From a virus (taxonomy: Duplodnaviria; Heunggongvirae; Uroviricota; Caudoviricetes), in the IMG/VR virus record IMGVR_UViG_2663763159_000004: a stretch of DNA of 4,770 nucleotides; one strand, written 5' to 3'. The notes under the pieces were generated by a model. The model was given only the letters and a program-made list of their open reading frames with translations. It did no database searches and had not been told where the DNA came from. How positions within the stretch are numbered: position 1 is the stretch's first letter; the number at the start of each line of letters is the position of its first letter. The translations under genes were made by a program, and so were the position numbers. Below are positions 1 to 4,770 of this stretch, piece after piece.

Positions 1-119
1 AGAGGTACACCGACAAGCGGCATCGACGCACACACTCCCTCTGGCGTCACCGGGCATGGCACGCATCTGCCTTTACGGGGATTTACAACGATTTGGCCGC
101 CGCATCGACCTTCGAGTGA
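1..119 (+). CDS. K: Probable 3' end of tail tip assembly protein K (5'-truncated by the window edge), overlapping the start of I
   Basis: Frame 3 is open from the window edge to TGA at 117-119 (translation ...AFTGIYNDLAAASTFE*). In lambda, K and I overlap by about 100 nt in different frames; here the lambda-equivalent I start (about nt 14-17) to this stop is about 106 nt, the same geometry. The I-J spacer (60 nt) also matches lambda exactly. Identity inferred from synteny and overlap geometry, not from recognising the K sequence itself. Confidence 0.45.
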   Translation, partial: RYTDKRHRRTHSLWRHRAWHASAFTGIYNDLAAASTFE

Positions 120-664
120 AAACGGGGTCCGAAGCCATCCGGGCGCTGGCCATGCAGATCCCGGCGTTTCGTCAGAAACTGAGCGACGGCTGGTACCAGG
201 TACGCATTGCCGGGCGTGATGCAGGTGAAACCGAATTGTCTGCCCGTCTTAATGAGCCGCTGGCAAATGGTGCCGTGATCCACATCGTGCCGCGTCTGGC
301 GGGAGCTAAAAGTGGCGGTGTGTTTCAGGTGGTGCTGGGGGCGGCGCTGATTGCGGTGGCATGGTGGAACCCTGTGGGCTGGCTGGGTGCCGCGGCTGTA
401 TCGGGCATGTATGCGGCAGGGGCCAGTATGATCCTGGGCGGAGTGGCGCAGATGCTGGCACCGAAAGCCAGGACGCCCACGGCAGCAAGTACAGATAACG
501 GCAAACAGAACACCTATTTCTCCTCACTGGATAACATGGTTGCCCAGGGCAATGTTCTGCCCGTTCTGTACGGTGAAATGCGCGTGGGGTCGCGGGTGGT
601 CTCTCAGGAGATCAGCACGGCAGACGAAGGGGATGGTGGTCAGGTTGTGGTGATTGGTCGCTGA
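56..664 (+). CDS. I: Tail assembly protein I (lambda gpI family); start uncertain, frame open upstream to the window edge
   Basis: 202-aa ORF from ATG 56 to TGA 662-664. Translation (MARICLYGDLQRFGRRIDLRVKTG...KQNTYFSSLDNMVAQGNVLPVLYGEMRVGSRVVSQEISTADEGDGGQVVVIGR) matches my recollection of lambda gpI nearly residue for residue at both ends. Lies immediately upstream of J, as in lambda. The reading frame continues upstream of ATG 56 (..QAASTHTLPLASPG-MAR..) with no stop, so the true start may be upstream or outside the window. Confidence 0.85.
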   Translation: MARICLYGDLQRFGRRIDLRVKTGSEAIRALAMQIPAFRQKLSDGWYQVRIAGRDAGETELSARLNEPLANGAVIHIVPRLAGAKSGGVFQVVLGAALIAVAWWNPVGWLGAAAVSGMYAAGASMILGGVAQMLAPKARTPTAASTDNGKQNTYFSSLDNMVAQGNVLPVLYGEMRVGSRVVSQEISTADEGDGGQVVVIGR

Positions 665-682
665 TGAAAAACGTTTTATGTG

Positions 683-702
683 AAACCGCCTCCGGGCGGT
701 TT
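683..702 (+). promoter_or_regulatory. Perfect 8-bp hairpin with a 4-nt loop in the I-J intergenic spacer; possible attenuator or translational-control element
   Basis: AAACCGCC (683-690), loop TCCG (691-694), GGCGGTTT (695-702): the arms are exact reverse complements. It is followed by an interrupted T-rich tract TGTCGTTT (703-710). It sits 19 nt after the I stop and ends 10 nt before the J Shine-Dalgarno. I recall a near-identical hairpin at the same place in lambda. Confidence 0.4.
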
Positions 703-724
703 TGTCGTTTATGGAGCGTTAGGA

Positions 725-3700
725 ATGGGTAAAGGCAGCAGTAAGGGGCATACTCCGCGCGAAGCGAAGGACAACCTGAAGTCCACGCAGTTGCTGAGTG
801 TGATCGATGCCATCAGCGAAGGGCCGGTTGAAGGTCCGGTGGATGGATTAAAAAGCGTGCTGCTGAACAGTACGCCAGTGCTGGACACTGAGGGGAATAC
901 CAACATCTCCGGCGTCACGGTGGTGTTCCGGGCCGGTGAGCAGGAGCAAACACCGCCGGAGGGATTTGAATCCTCCGGCTCCGAGACGGTGCTGGGTACG
1001 GAAGTGAAATACGACACGCCGATCACCCGGACCATCACGTCGGCAAACATTGACCGACTGCGTTTTACCTTCGGCGTGCAGGCACTGGTGGAAACCACCT
1101 CAAAGGGGGACAGGAATCCGTCGGAAGTCCGCCTGCTGGTTCAGATACAACGTAACGGTGGCTGGGTGACGGAAAAAGACATCACCATTAAAGGCAAAAC
1201 CACCTCACAGTATCTGGCCTCGGTGGTGGTGGGTAACCTGCCGCCGCGCCCGTTCAATATCCGGATGCGCAGGATGACGCCGGACAGCACCACAGACCAG
1301 CTGCAGAACAAAACGCTCTGGTCGTCATACACCGAAATCATCGATGTGAAACAGTGCTACCCGAACACGGCACTGGTCGGCGTACAGGTGGATTCGGAGC
1401 AGTTCGGCAGCCAGCAGGTGAGCCGTAATTATCATCTTCGCGGGCGCATTCTGCAGGTGCCGTCGAACTATAACCCGCAGACGCGGCAATACAGCGGTAT
1501 CTGGGACGGAACGTTAAAACCGGCATACAGCAACAACATGGCCTGGTGTCTGTGGGATATGCTGACCCATCCGCGCTACGGCATGGGGAAACGTCTTGGT
1601 GCGGCGGATGTGGATAAATGGGCGCTGTATGTCATCGGCCAGAATTGCGACCAGTCGGTGCCGGACGGCTTTGGCGGCACGGAGCCGCGCATCACCTGTA
1701 ACGCTTACCTGACCACACAGCGCAAGGCGTGGGATGTGCTCAGTGATTTCTGCTCGGCGATGCGCTGTATGCCGGTATGGAACGGGCAGACGCTGACGTT
1801 CGTGCAGGACCGACAGTCGGATAAGGTGTGGACCTATAACCGCAGTAATGTGGTGATGCCGGATGATGGCGCGCCGTTCCGCTACAGCTTCAGCGCCCTG
1901 AAGGACCGCCATAATGCCGTTGAGGTGAACTGGATTGACCCGAACAACGGCTGGGAGACGGCGACAGAGCTTGTGGAGGACACGCAGGCCATTGCCCGTT
2001 ACGGTCGTAACGTCACGAAGATGGATGCTTTTGGCTGTACCAGCCGGGGGCAGGCACATCGCGCCGGGCTGTGGCTGATTAAAACAGAACTGCTGGAAAC
2101 GCAGACCGTGGACTTCAGCGTGGGTGCCGAAGGGCTTCGCCATGTACCGGGCGATGTCATTGAAATCTGCGATGATGACTATGCCGGTATCAGCACCGGT
2201 GGGCGCGTGCTGGCGGTAAACAGCCAGACCCGGACGCTGACGCTCGACCGTGAAATCACGCTGCCATCTTCCGGCACCACGCTGATAAGCCTGGTTGACG
2301 GGCAGGGGAGTCCGGTCAGCGTGGAGGTTCAGTCCGTCACCGACGGCGTGAAGGTAAAAGTGAGCCGTGTTCCTGACGGTGTTGCTGAATACAGCGTATG
2401 GGGGCTGAAGCTGCCGACGCTGCGCCAGCGACTGTTCCGCTGCGTGAGTATCCGTGAGAACGACGACGGCACGTATGCCATCACCGCCGTGCAGCATGTG
2501 CCGGAAAAAGAGGCCATCGTGGATAACGGGGCGCACTTTGACGGCGACCAGAGCAGCACGGTGAATGGTGTCACGCCGCCAGCGGTGCAGCACCTGACTG
2601 CCGAAGTCACCGCAGACAGCGGGGAATATCAGGTGCTGGCGCGATGGGACACACCGAAGGTGGTGAAGGGCGTGAGCTTCCTGCTCCGTCTGACCGTGAC
2701 AGCGGATGACGGCAGTGAGCGGCTGGTCAGCACGGCCCGGACGACGGAAACCACTTACCGCTTCACACAACTGGCTCTGGGGAACTACAGGCTGACAGTC
2801 CGGGCAGTAAATGCGTGGGGGCAGCAGGGCGATCCGGCGTCGGTATCGTTCCGGATTGCCGCACCGGCAGCGCCGTCGCGGATTGAGCTGACGCCGGGCT
2901 ATTTTCAGATAACTGCCACGCCGCATCTTGCGGTTTATGATCCGACGGTACAGTTTGAGTTCTGGTTTTCGGAAACGCGGATTACCGATATCAGGCAGGT
3001 TGAAACCACAGCCCGCTACCTTGGCGCGGGGCTGTACTGGATAGCCGCCAGTATCAATATCAAACCGGGCCATGATTATTACTTTTATATCCGCAGTGTG
3101 AACACCGTTGGCAAATCGGCATTCGTGGAGGCCGTCGGTCGGGCGAGCGATGATGCGGAAGGTTACCTGGATTTTTTCAAAGGAGAGATAGGGAAAACAC
3201 ACCTGGCTCAGGAGCTGTGGACGCAGATTGATAACGGTCAGCTTGCGCCTGACCTGGCTGAAATCAGGACGTCCATTACGGATGTCAGCAATGAAATCAC
3301 GCAGACCGTCAATAAGAAACTGGAAGACCAGAGTGCGGCAATTCAGCAGATACAGAAGGTTCAGGTTGATACAAATAATAACCTGAACAGCATGTGGGCT
3401 GTGAAGCTGCAGCAGATGCAGGACGGACGCCTTTATATCGCGGGTATTGGTGCCGGTATTGAGAACACCCCTGACGGCATGCAGAGTCAGGTGCTGCTGG
3501 CGGCAGACAGGATTGCGATGATTAATCCTGCGAATGGCAACACAAAGCCGATGTTTGTTGGGCAGGGCGATCAGATATTCATGAACGACGTGTTCCTGAA
3601 ACGCCTGACGGCTCCCACCATTACCAGCGGCGGTAATCCTCCGGTATTTTCCCTGACACCGGACGGGCGGCTGACGGCGAAAAATGCCGATATCAGCGGT

Positions 3701-4204
3701 AACGTGAATGCGAACTCCGGTACGCTCAACAACGTTACGATAAATGAAAACTGTCAGATTAAAGGGAAACTGTCAGCCAACCAGATTGAAGGCGATCTCG
3801 TTAAAACAGTGGGCAAAGCTTTCCCCCGTGACTCCCGTGCACCGGAACGGTGGCCATCAGGGACCATTACCGTCAGGGTTTATGACGATCAGCCGTTTGA
3901 CCGGCAGATTGTTATTCCGGCGGTGGCATTCAGCGGCGCTAAACATGAGAGAGAGCATACTGATATTTACTCCTCATGCCGTCTGATAGTACGAAAAAAC
4001 GGTGCTGAAATTTATAACCGAACGGCTCTGGATAATACGCTGATATATACGGGTGTTATTGATATGCCTGCAGGCAGTGGTGTAATGACACTGGAATTTT
4101 CTGTATCGGCATGGCTGGTAAATGGCTGGTATCCCACAGCAAGTATCAGCGATTTGCTGGTTGTGGTGATGAAGAAAGCCACTGCAGGCATCACGATTAG
4201 CTGA
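725..4204 (+). CDS. J: Host specificity protein J / central tail fibre (tail tip attachment protein, lambda gpJ family), 1159 aa, with a divergent C-terminal receptor-binding region
   Basis: Long ORF ending at TGA 4202-4204. ATG 725 gives the N-terminus [34 protein letters not shown]..., which matches lambda gpJ as I recall it, and GGAG at 713-716 is a Shine-Dalgarno 8 nt upstream. The ORF track starts at a GTG at 680, which lies inside the hairpin and has no SD, so I prefer 725. Residues 1 to about 820 (through ...[18 protein letters not shown]) read as near-identical to lambda J; the rest diverges apart from one conserved block ([24 protein letters not shown]). Confidence 0.95.
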   Translation: MGKGSSKGHTPREAKDNLKSTQLLSVIDAISEGPVEGPVDGLKSVLLNSTPVLDTEGNTNISGVTVVFRAGEQEQTPPEGFESSGSETVLGTEVKYDTPITRTITSANIDRLRFTFGVQALVETTSKGDRNPSEVRLLVQIQRNGGWVTEKDITIKGKTTSQYLASVVVGNLPPRPFNIRMRRMTPDSTTDQLQNKTLWSSYTEIIDVKQCYPNTALVGVQVDSEQFGSQQVSRNYHLRGRILQVPSNYNPQTRQYSGIWDGTLKPAYSNNMAWCLWDMLTHPRYGMGKRLGAADVDKWALYVIGQNCDQSVPDGFGGTEPRITCNAYLTTQRKAWDVLSDFCSAMRCMPVWNGQTLTFVQDRQSDKVWTYNRSNVVMPDDGAPFRYSFSALKDRHNAVEVNWIDPNNGWETATELVEDTQAIARYGRNVTKMDAFGCTSRGQAHRAGLWLIKTELLETQTVDFSVGAEGLRHVPGDVIEICDDDYAGISTGGRVLAVNSQTRTLTLDREITLPSSGTTLISLVDGQGSPVSVEVQSVTDGVKVKVSRVPDGVAEYSVWGLKLPTLRQRLFRCVSIRENDDGTYAITAVQHVPEKEAIVDNGAHFDGDQSSTVNGVTPPAVQHLTAEVTADSGEYQVLARWDTPKVVKGVSFLLRLTVTADDGSERLVSTARTTETTYRFTQLALGNYRLTVRAVNAWGQQGDPASVSFRIAAPAAPSRIELTPGYFQITATPHLAVYDPTVQFEFWFSETRITDIRQVETTARYLGAGLYWIAASINIKPGHDYYFYIRSVNTVGKSAFVEAVGRASDDAEGYLDFFKGEIGKTHLAQELWTQIDNGQLAPDLAEIRTSITDVSNEITQTVNKKLEDQSAAIQQIQKVQVDTNNNLNSMWAVKLQQMQDGRLYIAGIGAGIENTPDGMQSQVLLAADRIAMINPANGNTKPMFVGQGDQIFMNDVFLKRLTAPTITSGGNPPVFSLTPDGRLTAKNADISGNVNANSGTLNNVTINENCQIKGKLSANQIEGDLVKTVGKAFPRDSRAPERWPSGTITVRVYDDQPFDRQIVIPAVAFSGAKHEREHTDIYSSCRLIVRKNGAEIYNRTALDNTLIYTGVIDMPAGSGVMTLEFSVSAWLVNGWYPTASISDLLVVVMKKATAGITIS

Positions 4205-4222
4205 ATTTTATAACCCAGATAC

Positions 4223-4250
4223 GGGCGCCAGAAATGGCGCCTTTTTTATT
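4223..4250 (+). terminator. Rho-independent terminator downstream of J (end of the late/tail operon)
   Basis: GGGCGCC (4223-4229), loop AGAAAT (4230-4235), GGCGCC (4236-4241): a GC-rich 6-7 bp stem, followed directly by TTTTTT (4242-4247) and ATT. It starts 19 nt after the J stop codon. Confidence 0.7.
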
Positions 4251-4271
4251 GCAGAAAAGCGAGAGGTAATT

Positions 4272-4770
4272 ATGCGTAAATTATGTGCTGTTATTTTGTC
4301 CGCAGTAGTCTGGCAGGTCGCCGCTGCTACGCCAGCGAGTGCAGCAGAACATCAGTCCACGCTGAGCGCGGGGTATCTCCATGCCTCGACGAACGTTCCC
4401 GGTAGTGATGATCTGAACGGGATTAACGTGAAATACCGTTATGAGTTTACGGACGCGCTGGGGCTGATTACGTCCTTCAGTTATGCCAATGCTGAGGATG
4501 AGCAAAAAACGCGCTACAGCGATACCCGCTGGCATGAAGATTCCGTGCGTAACCGCTGGTTCAGCGTGATGGCGGGGCCGTCTGTACGCGTGAATGAATG
4601 GTTCAGCGCGTATGCGATGGCGGGTGTGGCTTACAGCCGTGTATCGACTTTCTCCGGGGATTATCTCCGCGTAACTGACAACAAGGGGAAAACGCACGAT
4701 GTGCTGACCGGAAGTGATGACGGTCGCCACAGCAACACGTCTCTGGCGTGGGGGGCTGGCGTGCAGTTTA
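4272..4770 (+). CDS. lom: Lom outer membrane protein (Ail/Lom/OmpX family beta-barrel; lysogenic-conversion moron), 3'-truncated by the window edge
   Basis: ATG at 4272-4274 with SD GAGAGG (4261-4266) 5 nt upstream. The frame is open to the window end. Translation MRKLCAVILSAVVWQVAAATPASA|AEHQSTLSAGYLHASTNVPGSDDLNGINVKYRYEFTD...RWHEDSVRNRWFSVMAGPSVRVNEWFSAYAMAGVAYSRVSTFSGDYLRVTDNKGKTHDVLTGSDDGRHSNTSLAWGAGVQF closely matches lambda Lom as I recall it. It has an N-terminal signal peptide with an AxA cleavage motif and sits directly after J, as in lambda. Confidence 0.9.
   Translation, partial: MRKLCAVILSAVVWQVAAATPASAAEHQSTLSAGYLHASTNVPGSDDLNGINVKYRYEFTDALGLITSFSYANAEDEQKTRYSDTRWHEDSVRNRWFSVMAGPSVRVNEWFSAYAMAGVAYSRVSTFSGDYLRVTDNKGKTHDVLTGSDDGRHSNTSLAWGAGVQF

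Noticed and set aside
83-527. Minus-strand ORFs 83-283, 306-527 and 325-513 inside gene I
   Set aside because: Antisense to the conserved gpI coding frame; Pro/Ala-rich translations typical of antisense reading; no start context.
680-724. GTG at 680 as the J start, as given in the ORF track (N-terminus [15 protein letters not shown]-)
   Set aside because: The GTG lies inside the 8-bp hairpin and has no SD. ATG 725 has GGAG at the proper spacing and yields the lambda-like N-terminus [13 protein letters not shown]. The upstream extension is probably just open frame.
709-1526. Minus-strand ORFs 709-1098, 1141-1341 and 1338-1526 inside the 5' part of J
   Set aside because: Antisense artefacts within J; short, compositionally biased, and with no RBS or conservation signal.
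2329-2610. 93-aa minus-strand ORF inside J
   Set aside because: Nested in the antisense of J and inside the larger antisense ORF; no independent support.
1514-3202. 562-aa ORF on the minus strand, entirely inside J
   Set aside because: It is antisense to a strongly supported, conserved coding region. Its translation is Arg/His/Pro/Ala-rich and low-complexity, as expected from reading a GC-rich gene in reverse. It has no recognisable start context and no domain-like sequence. It is long only because the sense strand's codon bias depletes antisense stops.
3744-4194. 80-aa + strand ORF (3744-3986) and 60-aa minus-strand ORF (4012-4194) overlapping the 3' end of J
   Set aside because: Both are out-of-frame or antisense within J, short, and without an SD. 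The J frame is continuous and explains the region.
4281-4730. 149-aa minus-strand ORF overlapping lom
   Set aside because: Antisense to lom, whose + strand frame has an SD, a signal peptide and a Lom-like sequence; the minus-strand translation is Arg/His-rich with no features.
1-4770. CRISPR arrays, tRNA/rRNA genes, insertion sequences, integrase/att sites, toxin-antitoxin or defence-system genes
   Set aside because: I found no repeat-spacer periodicity, no tRNA-like cloverleaf candidates, no terminal inverted repeats and no transposase-like ORFs. The whole window is accounted for by K-I-J-lom and short intergenic spacers.

Overview
This window is the distal tail-tip module of a lambda-like (lambdoid) siphovirus or prophage, almost certainly in an enterobacterial host, with all genes on the + strand. 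It holds the probable 3' end of tail assembly gene K (1-119), tail assembly protein I (56-664), a 60-nt spacer with a perfect 8-bp hairpin, the host-specificity/central tail fibre protein J (725-4204, 1159 aa), a rho-independent terminator (4223-4250), and the 5' part of the lom outer-membrane moron (4272 to the window edge). Identifications rest on my reading of the translations and recollection of the phage lambda proteins; no database search was run. I do not see a novel defence or other undescribed system here. The most interesting biology is mosaicism: the first ~820 residues of J read as near-identical to lambda J, while the C-terminal ~340 residues, including the receptor-recognition tip, are replaced by a different and more AT-rich sequence, implying a different receptor than LamB. 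Secondary points are an unresolved start codon for I, the conserved I-J hairpin, and a promoter-like motif inside the 3' end of J. All minus-strand ORFs in the track are antisense artefacts of the GC-rich tail genes.
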